Shown: in pieces, positions 17,097 to 27,388 of the stretch | How positions within the stretch are numbered: position 1 is the stretch's first letter | How the letters are laid out: each line of letters begins with the position of its first letter | NCBI RefSeq assembly: GCF_014280195.1 | Contig: NZ_CP047960.1 | Span: 600,001 to 632,000 of the forward strand | Reading direction: 5' to 3' | Length of the DNA stretch: 32,000 nucleotides | Source of the DNA: Synechococcus sp. A15-24 | GTDB lineage: Bacteria; Cyanobacteriota; Cyanobacteriia; PCC-6307; Cyanobiaceae | The notes under the pieces: model-generated | What the model saw: only the letters and a program-made list of their open reading frames with translations | Databases searched by the model: none | What the model was told of the DNA's origin: nothing | Translations under genes and position numbers: made by a program

Positions 17097-18266
17097 TCAG
17101 GCCGCCCTCTGGTCGGGGCGGACCAGGGATCCATAGAGCGCTTCGATCGCATCGATGTTGCGGCTGATCGTGTAGCGCTCAAGGGCACGCTGGCGGGCAC
17201 GTCTCCCCAGCTCCGCGGTGAGCACCGGCTGATCCCGCAGCACCGGCAACAGGGTGCGTAGTTGGGTGGTGACCCCCTGGGTGCTCAGAACGATGCCCGC
17301 GCCCCCTTCCAGTGCTTCGCCGTCGGCGCCGGCATCAGTGGCCACGCAGGCGGTGCCGCTGGCCATCGCCTCCAGCAATGCCAGGGACAATCCCTCAACG
17401 AGGCTGGGCAGCACAAAGACTTCGGCGCACTGCAGCAGCGCCACACGGGTTTCCAGATCGGGCTCATAGCCCCACCACAGCACCTCTCCATTGCCGAACT
17501 GGTTCATCAGTCCGCTGCAGAGGGGGCCATCGCCGACGATCACCAGTCGGCAACCGATTGGTGAGGTGAGCCGCCAGGCCCGCAACAGCGCTTCGACATT
17601 TTTCTCGGTGGCCAGCCGTCCCATGTAGAGGAAGATCCTCTGCGAACCCAGCCGCTCCCTCACCCGTTTGAGGGTTAGATTGCTGGTGCCTGGGGTGGCA
17701 GGGGCCCAGCATTCCGTGTCTACTCCATTGGGGATCACCACCAGGCGCTGCTCCGGCACACCAAGGCGGACCAGCACGTCGGCCTGGAGCTGGGAGAACA
17801 CGATTACCCGGTCGTAGCGGGCCAGGGCCGGGGCATAGAGCTGATAGGTGAGCTGCTGGGTGCCGGCGGTGATGTTGCGCAGTCCCGCATCAAAAGGGGG
17901 ATGAAAGGTGGCCACCAGGGGCACCCCAAGTTGTTGACAAAGGTCCGGCAGGCGGAAATCGAGGGGGGAGAGGGTGAGGCTGGCGTGAACGATGTCCGGC
18001 TTCAGCCGCTCCAGGGAGTCCCGCAGCTCCCGCTGTGCCCCTGGCGAGGGGATCGTGTACACCTGCGATTTGACCAGATACGGCAGGCTGACGTCCGGAT
18101 CATTGGCCAGCAACGACGTTCCGCGGCTCTCGGGATTGCGGGGATTGTCGAAATGAATGAAGTGGGTCTGATGCCCCCGCTGACGCAGCGCCTCGGTGGT
18201 GCTGAGGCCGTAGGAGACGTTCCCGCAGAACGGTGACTTCTTCCCCAGCCAGGCGATCTGCACCAA
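17097..18266 (-). CDS. Glycosyltransferase family 4 (GT-B, group 1)
   Basis: The C-terminal half carries 'FLYMGRLATEKNVEALLRAW...VIVGDGP...AEVFVLPSLVEGLSLALLEAMASGTACVATDAGA', the classic EX7E GT4 region. Confidence 0.85.
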   Translation of the reverse strand: MVQIAWLGKKSPFCGNVSYGLSTTEALRQRGHQTHFIHFDNPRNPESRGTSLLANDPDVSLPYLVKSQVYTIPSPGAQRELRDSLERLKPDIVHASLTLSPLDFRLPDLCQQLGVPLVATFHPPFDAGLRNITAGTQQLTYQLYAPALARYDRVIVFSQLQADVLVRLGVPEQRLVVIPNGVDTECWAPATPGTSNLTLKRVRERLGSQRIFLYMGRLATEKNVEALLRAWRLTSPIGCRLVIVGDGPLCSGLMNQFGNGEVLWWGYEPDLETRVALLQCAEVFVLPSLVEGLSLALLEAMASGTACVATDAGADGEALEGGAGIVLSTQGVTTQLRTLLPVLRDQPVLTAELGRRARQRALERYTISRNIDAIEALYGSLVRPDQRAA

Positions 18267-18298
18267 GCGCGACTGCCCTCCTCAGGCGGACTGGCAAG

Positions 18299-19654
18299 TT
18301 AGCAGCGCTTCCAGGGGCGTTCGAGCACCGCTGCCAGCAGGGCCATCGCCGCCAATAGCAGCAGGACCGGTTCCAGCCCGACGCTGCTCACCAGGGTGCC
18401 TGCCAGCACGAGCGGCAGGCTCAGGGCGATGTTGATCAGGTTGTTTTGCAGTCCGAACACCCTGCCGCGCTCCCGCTCCGGTGTGTCCTCCTGCAGGGTG
18501 GTCTGGGCTGGGATTGCCACCAGTGCCGCCCCGATGCCAAGGATGGTGCAGAGCAACAGGGTGATCAGCAGTCGACCCTGCAACTGCCCCAGCATCACCA
18601 GGGCAAAGGTGATGGTGGCCAGACCGGTGGCACCGAGGTGATGACGGCTGATCCGGTGACCGACCTGGGCGGTGACCACGGCTCCGATGGCCATGCCGAG
18701 GCCGCTCATGGCCAGCAGGCTGCCGAATCCGGTGGGGCCAAGACTGTTGATCGAGCCTGCCAGGCTGATGGCCAGCACGTACATGGCCGCCAGCAGGCTA
18801 TAGAGCAACACCAGATTGCGCATCGCCCGGCGCACCGTGGGTCGCTTCACCAACACCTGCAGGCCCTCGCGGACTTCTTCAAGGATGCTGACATCCCCCG
18901 TTTCCCTTGGGGCTTCCCGCATCTGGATCGTGCTCAGACTCACCGCGGCCATGCCATAGCAGAATGGCAGCAGCAGGAACTCACCGCCGGCGAGACCGAG
19001 TTGGAGGAAGGCGCCGTTGAGCAACCGCAGAATCGGCTCCCCCAGGGCGAACCCCACGATCGTGGCGGCCATGCTGGTGGCTTGATACAGGGAATTGGCC
19101 GCGAGCAGCAGCTCCCGTGGCACCAGGAGTGGAATCGCAGCCTGCTCAGCCGGCGCGAAGAACTGGGTCAGCACCGATTCGAAAAAGGTCATCACCAGCA
19201 GAGCCCAGTACCCCCAGCTCAAACCGAGAAACAACGGGCCCGGCACCAGGCAGAACGGTGCCAACAGCACCAGCAGGGCGCGCATGGCATTGGAGGCCAC
19301 CATCACCCGGCGCTTCGGCCATCGATCCGCCCAGACGCCGGCCAGCATCCCCAGCAGGATGGCGGGGACCGTGTTGGCCACGTAGATGCCTGTGGCCAGA
19401 AGCGTGATGCGTTCCGCCCGCGTCTCGATGTCCATGCGGATGGCTGACGCCACGTCCGCCAGCGGACCGCTGCTGGCGGGGTCGCTGCTCACCCAGTACT
19501 GGGCGATCAGGAACACCATCAACACGATGTAGAACTTGTCCGCCAGCTGGGAGAAGATCTGCCCCAGCCACAGCCGCCGGAACCCATCCAGACGGATCAC
19601 CGCCTGCAGACCTCGCCGGCTGGTGTCTGGAGCGCTAGTTGCAGATCCGCTCAA
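18299..19654 (-). CDS. MFS transporter (MFS_3 / EntS-like)
   Basis: About 12 hydrophobic segments. 'FRRLWLGQIFSQLADKF' and 'GVWADRWPKRRVM' are typical of this MFS subgroup. The start is uncertain: TTG 19654 (TTGA overlap with the recO stop) or ATG 19705. The ORF-track start at 19789 lies deep inside recO. Confidence 0.8.
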   Translation of the reverse strand: MSGSATSAPDTSRRGLQAVIRLDGFRRLWLGQIFSQLADKFYIVLMVFLIAQYWVSSDPASSGPLADVASAIRMDIETRAERITLLATGIYVANTVPAILLGMLAGVWADRWPKRRVMVASNAMRALLVLLAPFCLVPGPLFLGLSWGYWALLVMTFFESVLTQFFAPAEQAAIPLLVPRELLLAANSLYQATSMAATIVGFALGEPILRLLNGAFLQLGLAGGEFLLLPFCYGMAAVSLSTIQMREAPRETGDVSILEEVREGLQVLVKRPTVRRAMRNLVLLYSLLAAMYVLAISLAGSINSLGPTGFGSLLAMSGLGMAIGAVVTAQVGHRISRHHLGATGLATITFALVMLGQLQGRLLITLLLCTILGIGAALVAIPAQTTLQEDTPERERGRVFGLQNNLINIALSLPLVLAGTLVSSVGLEPVLLLLAAMALLAAVLERPWKRC

Positions 19655-20457
19655 CTGTTCCCTGCGTCGGCGCCATGTTGGCTTACCTGCGTCGCAGTGA
19701 CGCATTCCCGCAGCATCGCCAGGGCAGGGTTCCCCCGCTGCAGATGGGTTCGGATCCAGATTTCGACCACGGCCAGCAACCGCAACCAAACCGGGCGTGG
19801 CCCCATCAGCTCCCCGTCGCGGCGGCGCGGTAGATCTGCACGGGTCAGCCGTTGCAGCAAGGCCAGCTCCGAGGGATTGAGGGTCATCGCCGCTCCAGGC
19901 TGTCGATCAATGGCGAAGCCGTCCATCGGCAGGAGGCTGCAGCGCCACTCCCACGTCCCAATCGGAGGCTCCAGTGGAGCGCCGCTGAGACAACAACTCT
20001 GCAGCGGCAGGCTGTATCCCCCCAGGGTCAACAGATGGATGGCCCCCTGCACGCTGCTGGCCAGCAGCTCATCCAGGCAGTCGCTGCGCTGGTCCAGCCG
20101 TTCCAGATGCAGTTGGAGTGTGGCCAGCAATCCCTCCACCGGATCCTCCCGTCCCATCTGCAGACAGAGATCACAGAAGGCCTGAGCGGCGGACAAGGTC
20201 TCCAGCTGGCGGCCCAGTCCGGCATGGCTGTGGAGCACCCGCAGCTGGCGAACGCGGGCCAGACCACTGCGGCCGCCGACCTGCAGTTCCAGCAGGGTCA
20301 GGGGTGCCGCCGCGGCCAGGCTGCTCTCCGGCCGACGGGCACCCGGGACTGCTAGGCGGGTCACCCCCTCCGCATCGCTGAGCAGGCTGAGCAGCCGATC
20401 GTGCTCGCCGAGTGGCCCCACCTTCAGGGCTAAGCCCACCAGGGTGCGTTCGGCCAT
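19651..20457 (-). CDS. recO: DNA repair protein RecO
   Basis: The N-terminal OB-fold-like 'GLALKVGPLGEHDRLLSLLSDAEGVTRLAVPGARR' and the overall size match RecO. It directly abuts the deoC stop. Confidence 0.8.
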   Translation of the reverse strand: MAERTLVGLALKVGPLGEHDRLLSLLSDAEGVTRLAVPGARRPESSLAAAAPLTLLELQVGGRSGLARVRQLRVLHSHAGLGRQLETLSAAQAFCDLCLQMGREDPVEGLLATLQLHLERLDQRSDCLDELLASSVQGAIHLLTLGGYSLPLQSCCLSGAPLEPPIGTWEWRCSLLPMDGFAIDRQPGAAMTLNPSELALLQRLTRADLPRRRDGELMGPRPVWLRLLAVVEIWIRTHLQRGNPALAMLRECVTATQVSQHGADAGNS

Positions 20458-21135
20458 TCAGGCGATCGGTCGCCGGAGTGCCTGCAGCAATTCGGGGGCG
20501 CTGCTGGTGCCGAGCAGGGCTGCCCCGGCCTCAAGCAGATCCATGGCCAGCTCGGGGTGGTGGATCCCGCCGGCGGCCTTGATGGCGCAGCGTCCGCGGC
20601 ACAACCCTGACAGGGCGGCCACCTGCTCGGCCTGGCAGGGAGGTCCAAAGCCATTGCCGCTCTGTAGCCCTGCGGCGTCGGCATCGATGGAGGCTTCCAC
20701 AGCGATCGCCAGGAGATCCTCCGGCAACCGAGCCATGTCCAGCACCACCCGCACAGGCAGCCCCAAACCGGTTATGGCGGCTAGATCCTCGGCAAAGCCG
20801 CTGCTGTCTCCCTCCACCAAGGCACTGAAATCCGGCACTACGTCCAGTTCGTCAGCGCCATGGGCTGCCGCCCATGTCGCCTCAGCCAGCCGCAGTTCAG
20901 CGGGGAGGGCTCCAAAGGGAAAGCCGATGGCGGCGATCAGCTTCGGCCCTCCCTGGCCCCCCAGCCGTTCCCGCAGCAAGGGCAACTGACGCAGGCTGGT
21001 GCAGATCGCCCGCACCCTCTCCTGACGACCGGCGTCGCAGCGTTCGTGCAGCTGCTCCACGGTGAGCAGGGGGTCCAGCACCGCCTGGTCCAGACAGGAA
21101 GGCAGGTCGGATTGATCCTGCCGTGGGTCAGCCAT
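20458..21135 (-). CDS. deoC: Deoxyribose-phosphate aldolase
   Basis: 'IGFPFGALP', 'ELDVV' and 'AIKAAGGI' (Schiff-base Lys context) match the DeoC class I aldolase pattern. Confidence 0.82.
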   Translation of the reverse strand: MADPRQDQSDLPSCLDQAVLDPLLTVEQLHERCDAGRQERVRAICTSLRQLPLLRERLGGQGGPKLIAAIGFPFGALPAELRLAEATWAAAHGADELDVVPDFSALVEGDSSGFAEDLAAITGLGLPVRVVLDMARLPEDLLAIAVEASIDADAAGLQSGNGFGPPCQAEQVAALSGLCRGRCAIKAAGGIHHPELAMDLLEAGAALLGTSSAPELLQALRRPIA

Positions 21136-21149
21136 GGATGTCTTCGACC

Positions 21150-21737
21150 TCAGCCTCGAGCCTGGATCACGCCATAACCACCATGGTTCCGGCGGTAAAT
21201 CACCTGCAGTTGATCGCTCTCCTTGTCGCGAAATAGATAGAAGTCGTGGTCGATTAGATCCAGTTGTCGCCGGGCCTCCTCGAGGCTCATCGGCGGCATG
21301 GCGAAATACTTACGGCGAACACCGGGGTCGGGAAGCTCGGGTTCACGGCCTTGCAGCAGCGAGCCTTCCACCTGGCTGTCATCGGTGACCGCATCGGTGG
21401 TGGGGGTGTTGCTTGCACTATGGCCGTGACTGTGGTGGTGATCGCTGTGACGCTCCTTCCAGCGCCGCAGCTGACGCGCCAGCTTGCCGGCCGCCAGGTC
21501 GATGCTGGCGTAGAGGTTTTCGCTGCGTTCCTGGGCCCGAATCACAGTGCCATTGGCGAACACCGTGACTTCAGCGGTCTGTTGCGGAACCCTGGGGTTG
21601 CGGGCGACGGAGAGGTGCACGTCCGCCTCGCGGACGGCATCGCCGAAATGGTGGGTGGCCCGTTCGAGTTTGGTCTTGGTGTAGTCCCTCAGGGCCGGCG
21701 TGATCTCAAGGTTGCGACCATGGATCAGCAACTTCAT
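21150..21737 (-). CDS. hpf: Ribosome hibernation promoting factor, long form (LrtA-like)
   Basis: '[31 protein letters not shown]', 'VHLSVARN' and the C-terminal dimerisation domain '[51 protein letters not shown]' are present. Confidence 0.92.
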   Translation of the reverse strand: MKLLIHGRNLEITPALRDYTKTKLERATHHFGDAVREADVHLSVARNPRVPQQTAEVTVFANGTVIRAQERSENLYASIDLAAGKLARQLRRWKERHSDHHHSHGHSASNTPTTDAVTDDSQVEGSLLQGREPELPDPGVRRKYFAMPPMSLEEARRQLDLIDHDFYLFRDKESDQLQVIYRRNHGGYGVIQARG

Positions 21738-21748
21738 GCCTCGCTCCT

Positions 21749-22444
21749 GTGCCGGTTGATATCGGCAAACTAGTTACGCCTGTCGATTCGGCACACCCCG
21801 GCTCCGCAATTCTTGTTGAGCCCACCGCTGCCGTGCCGTTTGAGCAGGCCTGGGCCGATCAACGCCACTGGCAGCAGCGTCTGCTGGAGCAGCCGCACCT
21901 GCCGGAGGCGGTCTGGTTGCTGCAACACGAGGCCTGTTACACCTTTGGCCGCGGGGCCAGCAGCGAGCATCTGCATTTCCCGCTGGACCAACCACCGGCG
22001 CCGCTGCATCGGATCGATCGCGGTGGTGAGGTGACCCACCACCTGCCCGGTCAGCTGGTGGCCTACCCCGTCTTGGATCTGCGGCGGCGTCAGCCTGATC
22101 TGCACTGGTATCTGCGCGAGTTGGAGCAGGTGCTGATCGATGTCCTGGCGCAGCTCGACCTGCGGGGAGAGCGCCTGCCGGGGCTGACGGGTCTCTGGCT
22201 GAACAACCGCAAGGTGGCGGCCATTGGTGTGGGCTGTCGCCGCTGGATCACCCAGCACGGTCTGGCTCTGAATATCGACTGCGATCTGGCTGGATTTGAT
22301 CAGGTCACACCCTGTGGCCTCAGCGGTCGAGCGGTGGGGCGCCTGGTGGATTGGATTCCTGGATTGCGCCTCGCGGAGGTGCAGCCTCTGCTGCGGGATG
22401 CCTTGGCTGCCCGCTTCCACCTGGCCTGGTGCGATGAAGCGTGA
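21749..22444 (+). CDS. lipB: Octanoyl/lipoyl-[ACP]:protein transferase
   Basis: '[16 protein letters not shown]', '[21 protein letters not shown]' and '[20 protein letters not shown]' are LipB motifs. The only in-frame start candidate found is GTG 21749. Confidence 0.9.
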   Translation: MPVDIGKLVTPVDSAHPGSAILVEPTAAVPFEQAWADQRHWQQRLLEQPHLPEAVWLLQHEACYTFGRGASSEHLHFPLDQPPAPLHRIDRGGEVTHHLPGQLVAYPVLDLRRRQPDLHWYLRELEQVLIDVLAQLDLRGERLPGLTGLWLNNRKVAAIGVGCRRWITQHGLALNIDCDLAGFDQVTPCGLSGRAVGRLVDWIPGLRLAEVQPLLRDALAARFHLAWCDEA

Positions 22445-22474
22445 TAGGCCTGTGCCATCGACTGCAGGTGTTGG

Positions 22475-24388
22475 ATGACCGCCAGCTGGATGCCCACGGC
22501 CCGTGAACAGGTGGCCCTGCAGCGCCATGGCCACATTCAAGGGCTCGAGCGGGTTGATGCGGTCTGGCCTTGGCTGGCGGAACGACACGGCACCATCACC
22601 GCCGTTGATGCCCCCCATGCGGCCCATGCGGAGCGTTTCAGCTTCGCCGAACTGGCCCAGCGGATTGACACCGCGGCTGCTGCCTTTCAGCGCCAGGGGG
22701 TGCAGGAGGGAGATTTGGTGGCCCTGTTTGCGGAAAACAGCCCCCGCTGGCTGGTGGCGGATCAGGGCCTGATGCGTTGCGGGGCCGCCGATGCGGTGCG
22801 CGGCGCCTCGGCCCCGGTTGAGGAACTTCGCTACATCCTTGACGACTGCAATGCGACGGCCCTGGTGGTGCAGAACGCCGATCTCTGGCGTCGCCTGGAC
22901 CTGACGGCGTCCCAGCGCCAAGGTCTTCGATTGGTGCTGCAGCTGGAGGGGGAACCGGAGCATGGAGTGTTCGGTTGGGAGGCATTCCTCGCCTCCGGGG
23001 CCGGGCAGCAGACCGTGACACCGACGAGCGGTCGCACGGCCATCGCCACCGTTCTGTACACCTCCGGCACCACCGGTCAGCCCAAGGGCGTCCCCCTTAC
23101 GCACGCCAACCTGCTGCATCAGATGCAGTCCCTGGCCTGTGTGGCTCATCCCCAGCCGGGTGCACCGGTGTTGAGCGTGCTGCCGATCTGGCATGCCTAC
23201 GAACGCAGCGCCAGCTACTACTTCTTCTCCTGCGCCTGCACGCAGACCTACACCACGATCAAACAGCTGAAGAAGGACCTGCCACGGGTGCGACCGATTG
23301 CCATGGCCACCGTGCCGCGGTTGTGGGAGTCGGTGCAGGCGGGTTTCGAGGATGTGCTGAAAACCTTCCCGCCGTCCCGTCAGCGGCTGCTGCGGGCTGC
23401 CCTGGCCAACAGCGCGGCTCAGCGCAAGGCTGTGCGAACGACTCGAAATCTGCTGCTCCAACCGTTGAGCATAAGCGGCCGCATGGCAGCTGCAGCTGTT
23501 GCCGCTCTGCGCTGGCCCCTGCATGCCCTGGCGTCAGCCTTGATCTGGCCGAAACTGCGGCTGCAGCTCAGTGGTGGCCAGCTGGCTTATCCGATCAGCG
23601 GTGGTGGTGCCATTGCACCCCACATCGATGCGTTCTTCGAGGCGGTGGGCATCGAGCTGCTGGTGGGGTATGGCCTCACGGAGACCAGTCCGGTGGTGAG
23701 CTGCCGCAGGCCCTGGCGCAACATCCGCGGCAGTTCCGGCCTACCGATGCCGGACACGGAGTTTCGCATCGTTGATCAAGAATCCGGTGCAGCACTTGGT
23801 TTCCGGGAACGGGGCAGGGTTCTGGTGCGCGGCCCTCAGGTGATGGGGGGCTATCTGGGCAAACCGGAGGCGAGTGCCAAGGTGCTCAGCGCCGACGGCT
23901 GGTTCGACACCGGTGATTTGGGCATGCTGCTGCCCGATGGTTCGGTGGCGCTCACCGGTCGGGCCAAGGACACCATTGTGTTGAGCAGTGGCGAGAACAT
24001 CGAACCGGGTCCCTTGGAGGAAGCCCTGGTGGCCAGTCCGCTGATCGAGCAGGTAATGCTGGTGGGTCAGGACGAACGTCAGCTCGGGGCGCTGCTCGTT
24101 CCTCGGGTGGAACCGATCCGGGCCTGGGCCAGAGAGCAGGGCCTGTCCGTGGCGGAGGACCTCGGCGGGCGACCTGGTGATTCAGCACTGCTGAACCTGC
24201 TGATGCGGGAGTGCAACCGTGTGCTGGGGTTGCGGCCTGGATCCCGCGGTGATGAGCGCCTGTGCGGTGTTGGTCTGGTGGAGCCGTTCAGCATCGAGAA
24301 CGGTCTCCTGACCCAGACCCTGAAACAACGGCGCGATCGCATCAGCCGGCGTGATGCTGCTGTGATCGAGCGGATCTATGGCCGTTGA
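22475..24388 (+). CDS. aas: AMP-dependent long-chain acyl ligase (acyl-ACP synthetase Aas-like)
   Basis: AMP-binding motif 'LYTSGTTGQPKGVPLTHANL', plus 'GYGLTETSP' and 'WFDTGDLG...GRAKDTIVLSSGENIEP'. Size and architecture match cyanobacterial Aas. Confidence 0.85.
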   Translation: MTASWMPTAREQVALQRHGHIQGLERVDAVWPWLAERHGTITAVDAPHAAHAERFSFAELAQRIDTAAAAFQRQGVQEGDLVALFAENSPRWLVADQGLMRCGAADAVRGASAPVEELRYILDDCNATALVVQNADLWRRLDLTASQRQGLRLVLQLEGEPEHGVFGWEAFLASGAGQQTVTPTSGRTAIATVLYTSGTTGQPKGVPLTHANLLHQMQSLACVAHPQPGAPVLSVLPIWHAYERSASYYFFSCACTQTYTTIKQLKKDLPRVRPIAMATVPRLWESVQAGFEDVLKTFPPSRQRLLRAALANSAAQRKAVRTTRNLLLQPLSISGRMAAAAVAALRWPLHALASALIWPKLRLQLSGGQLAYPISGGGAIAPHIDAFFEAVGIELLVGYGLTETSPVVSCRRPWRNIRGSSGLPMPDTEFRIVDQESGAALGFRERGRVLVRGPQVMGGYLGKPEASAKVLSADGWFDTGDLGMLLPDGSVALTGRAKDTIVLSSGENIEPGPLEEALVASPLIEQVMLVGQDERQLGALLVPRVEPIRAWAREQGLSVAEDLGGRPGDSALLNLLMRECNRVLGLRPGSRGDERLCGVGLVEPFSIENGLLTQTLKQRRDRISRRDAAVIERIYGR

Positions 24389-24460
24389 ACCACGTTCGGT
24401 TCCCCGGTGATTGACCCAGGAGCAGAGCACTGAGACGCTGTCGGCATCTTCTTCAGCCCC

Positions 24461-24904
24461 ATGTCTGACGGCACCATCCTCACGATCAAGCGTCCGATCA
24501 CGGTGCGTGCTGTGGTGACGCCCACCTGGAAGGAAGAGGCTGAACGTGAGATCAGTAACGGCATTGCCAACGCTGATCAGCAGTTGGCACAGCTGGAGCA
24601 GGAAGGGCAGACCGTGGTGGACCAGGTGCGTCGTCAGAGCGCCAATCCCCTCGATCCTCGCGTGCAGGAGCAGGTGGCCAACATCCAGCAGCAGGTGGCA
24701 GGTAAGCGTTCGGAGCTGGAGGAGCAGAAGCGCAACCTGCTGCAGCAGCAGGCCCAGGTGCGTGAACTGGAGATGGATCAGATTGTGGAGCAGGGACAGC
24801 TGGAGAGCAGCTGCGAGATCAAGGTTGGCGACAACCTGGTCCAGAAAATGCAGGTTGCCATCGTCGTCAAGGACGGCGTGATCCAGTCGATCGAAGAGGC
24901 CTGA
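24461..24904 (+). CDS. YlqD-family conserved protein
   Basis: 'ILTIKRPITVRAVVTPTWKEEAEREI...QLAQLEQEGQ' followed by a coiled-coil-like Q/E-rich region resembles the YlqD family common in cyanobacteria. This assignment is from memory. Confidence 0.55.
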   Translation: MSDGTILTIKRPITVRAVVTPTWKEEAEREISNGIANADQQLAQLEQEGQTVVDQVRRQSANPLDPRVQEQVANIQQQVAGKRSELEEQKRNLLQQQAQVRELEMDQIVEQGQLESSCEIKVGDNLVQKMQVAIVVKDGVIQSIEEA

Positions 24905-24959
24905 ACTCGCGTGTCAGCTGACTCGTAAACTCCCCTGATCTGCCCTCTCGGAGACGGTT

Positions 24960-26285
24960 TTGGCGACCCACGACATCTTCATGCCTGCCCTCAGCTCCAC
25001 CATGACTGAGGGCAAGATCGTGGAATGGCTTAAGCAACCGGGCGACAAGGTCGGTCGGGGCGAGTCGGTGCTTGTCGTCGAGTCCGACAAGGCCGACATG
25101 GACGTTGAGTCCTTCCAGGACGGCTATCTCGCTGCAGTGCTGATGCCGGCAGGCAGCACAGCGCCCGTGGGTGAAACGATCGGCTTGATCGTGGAGACCG
25201 AGGCAGAGATCGCTGATGCCAAGGCCAAGGCCCCCAGTGCTGCGCCCGCCGCCTCAGCCCCTGCCTCCACACCGGCACCCGCAGCTGTGCAGGCTCCGGC
25301 TCCGACACCAGCTCCCACTTCGGCCCCAGCGGCTCCGGCACCGGTGGCTGCCGCTGCAGCGCCAGTGGCGAACGGACGGGTGGTGGCCAGCCCTCGCGCC
25401 AAGAAGTTGGCCTCCCAGATGGGCGTGGACCTCAGCACCGTGCGCGGCAGCGGCCCCCACGGCCGCATTCAGGCTGAGGACGTGGAACAAGCCGGCGGTC
25501 AGCCCATCTCTGTGCCCCGGGTTGCCGAGGGCACCGCAGCTGCTGTTGCCGCCAGCGCAGCCCCGGCGGCGGCAGCCTCCAGTGCTCCGGCGGGCAACAG
25601 CTTCGGGCGTCCTGGAGACACCGTGGCCTTCAACACCCTTCAGGGTGCAGTGAACCGGAACATGGAGGCCAGCCTTGCTGTGCCGTGTTTCCGTGTCGGG
25701 TACACCATCACCACCGACAAGCTGGATGCGTTCTCTAAGCTGGTGAAACCCAAAGGCGTCACGATGACGGCGCTGCTGGCCAAGGCCGTCGCCGTCACCC
25801 TGGCTCGCCATCCCCAAGTGAATGCTGCCACTACTGCGGCAGGCATGACCTACCCCTCTGAAGTGAACGTGGCCATTGCTGTGGCCATGGAAGACGGCGG
25901 CTTGATCACTCCGGTGCTGCGCAACGCCGACCGCACGGATCTCTACGAGATGTCGCGCCAGTGGAAGGATCTGGTGAAGCGGTCCCGCAGCAAGCAGCTG
26001 CAGCCTGAGGAATACAGCACCGGAACCTTCACCCTCTCGAACCTGGGCATGTTCGGTGTGGACCGCTTCGATGCGATTCTTCCCCCCGGTACCGGAGCGA
26101 TCCTGGCGGTGGCAGCCTCCCGCCCCACCGTGGTAGCGGGCAAGGATGGTTCCATCGCCGTGAAACGGCAGATGCAGGTGAACCTCACCGCTGATCATCG
26201 GGTGATTTACGGCGCTGATGGTGCCGCCTTCTTGAAGGATCTGGCGGAGTTGATCGAACATCGCCCCGAGAGCCTGGCGCTCTGA
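24960..26285 (+). CDS. pdhC: Dihydrolipoamide acetyltransferase, E2 component of pyruvate dehydrogenase
   Basis: Lipoyl domain '[25 protein letters not shown]...[12 protein letters not shown]', an Ala/Pro-rich linker, the E3-binding '[28 protein letters not shown]', and the catalytic '[17 protein letters not shown]'. TTG start. Confidence 0.93.
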   Translation: MATHDIFMPALSSTMTEGKIVEWLKQPGDKVGRGESVLVVESDKADMDVESFQDGYLAAVLMPAGSTAPVGETIGLIVETEAEIADAKAKAPSAAPAASAPASTPAPAAVQAPAPTPAPTSAPAAPAPVAAAAAPVANGRVVASPRAKKLASQMGVDLSTVRGSGPHGRIQAEDVEQAGGQPISVPRVAEGTAAAVAASAAPAAAASSAPAGNSFGRPGDTVAFNTLQGAVNRNMEASLAVPCFRVGYTITTDKLDAFSKLVKPKGVTMTALLAKAVAVTLARHPQVNAATTAAGMTYPSEVNVAIAVAMEDGGLITPVLRNADRTDLYEMSRQWKDLVKRSRSKQLQPEEYSTGTFTLSNLGMFGVDRFDAILPPGTGAILAVAASRPTVVAGKDGSIAVKRQMQVNLTADHRVIYGADGAAFLKDLAELIEHRPESLAL

Positions 26286-26290
26286 TCGGG

Positions 26291-27388
26291 GTGTCCGATC
26301 CCAGGGACCTTCAGCTGAGCAGCTACGACTTTCGGCTTCCGCACGAGCGCATCGCCCAGGTACCAGCCGAGCCACGCCACAGTGCCCGTTTGTTGATGGT
26401 GCCCCCGGCGACGCAAGCCCTCGAGGCTGCCCGGCATGGGGTGGTCTGGGATCTGCTGGAGGAGTTGCAACCCGGCGACCTTCTGGTGGTGAACGACACC
26501 CGTGTGCTCAAGGCACGGTTGAAGGTGCGTCGCTCCGGTGGTGGGTTGTCGGAGCTGTTGGTGCTCGAGCCCCGCGGTGAGGGGCGTTGGCTCTGCCTGG
26601 CGCGGCCGGCGAAACGCATGCGGCCCGGCGACGTGCTGACGATTGATGGCACGTCCATCGGCCTGACGGTGTTGGCGGACGACGCAGCCAGTGGCGGGCG
26701 TTTGGTTCAGTTCCCGACGGACTGCCGTGATGCGGAGACGATCGAAACGCTGCTGAATCAGTGGGGCGAGGTTCCGCTCCCCCCTTACATCGACCGGCAT
26801 GAACCCGACGATGTCGAGCGCTATCAGACTCGCTACGCCGATCGACCGGGAGCCGTTGCGGCTCCGACGGCGGGCCTGCATTTCAGCGATGAACTGCTAG
26901 CAGGCCTCCAGCGCAAAGGAGTCGAGCTGGCCAGGATCACCCTGCATGTGGGACTGGGCACCTTCCGTCCTTTGGAGACGGATGATCTGACCAAACTGGA
27001 GCTTCACAGTGAGTGGATCGAGGTGAGTGCGGCGGTGGTGGAGGCCATTCAGCGATGTCGCGGCCGTGTGATTGCCGTGGGTACCACCAGTGTGAGGGCC
27101 CTGGAGGGTGCGGCTCAACACAACGGTGGAGTGCTCCAACCCTTCACCGGGCCCGTCAACCTTGTGATTCAACCGGGCTATCGCTTTACGGTGGTACAAG
27201 GCCTGATCACCAACTTCCACCTCCCGAAAAGCTCGCTGTTGTTGTTGGTCAGTGCGCTTATCGGACGAGAAAAATTGTTGCGGTTGTATGCCGAGGCGGT
27301 TCGAGAGCAGTATCGATTTTTTTCTTACGGAGATGCGATGTGGATTGCGCCAGAAGCAGTGCTGCTGTCGGCTCAGTTGTCGCCGTAG
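26291..27388 (+). CDS. queA: S-adenosylmethionine:tRNA ribosyltransferase-isomerase
   Basis: '[12 protein letters not shown]', 'LLVVNDTRV', 'LPPYI', 'YQTRYA...[12 protein letters not shown]', 'GTTSVRALE', '[17 protein letters not shown]' and '[10 protein letters not shown]' are QueA motifs. GTG start. Confidence 0.93.
   Translation: MSDPRDLQLSSYDFRLPHERIAQVPAEPRHSARLLMVPPATQALEAARHGVVWDLLEELQPGDLLVVNDTRVLKARLKVRRSGGGLSELLVLEPRGEGRWLCLARPAKRMRPGDVLTIDGTSIGLTVLADDAASGGRLVQFPTDCRDAETIETLLNQWGEVPLPPYIDRHEPDDVERYQTRYADRPGAVAAPTAGLHFSDELLAGLQRKGVELARITLHVGLGTFRPLETDDLTKLELHSEWIEVSAAVVEAIQRCRGRVIAVGTTSVRALEGAAQHNGGVLQPFTGPVNLVIQPGYRFTVVQGLITNFHLPKSSLLLLVSALIGREKLLRLYAEAVREQYRFFSYGDAMWIAPEAVLLSAQLSP

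Noticed and set aside
16163-17200. A 345-aa minus-strand ORF, plus other long alternative-frame ORFs in the core (11746-12840 minus, 25254-26375 minus, 18446-19447 plus, 9919-10662 plus, 9227-10000 minus, 26207-26881 minus)
   Set aside because: All overlap confidently assigned genes (proC, DUF1823-like/der, E2, MFS, BcsA-like, queA). All have the low-complexity R/G/P/A/Q composition expected from off-frame translation of high-GC coding DNA.
19655-19789. N-terminal extension of the MFS transporter into recO
   Set aside because: It would overlap recO by up to 139 nt, and the extension is not hydrophobic or MFS-like. A TTG at 19654 (TTGA overlap) or the ATG at 19705 is more plausible. The exact start remains unresolved.
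21770-23524. A 584-aa ORF on the minus strand, antisense to lipB and the acyl ligase
   Set aside because: Same reasoning as above: Arg/Gly/Pro/Gln-rich, no recognisable domain, opposite two motif-rich genes.
25210-25380. Ala/Pro-rich low-complexity stretch with overlapping ORFs in several frames
   Set aside because: This is the normal flexible linker between the lipoyl and E3-binding domains of the E2 acetyltransferase. The other-frame ORFs are artefacts.
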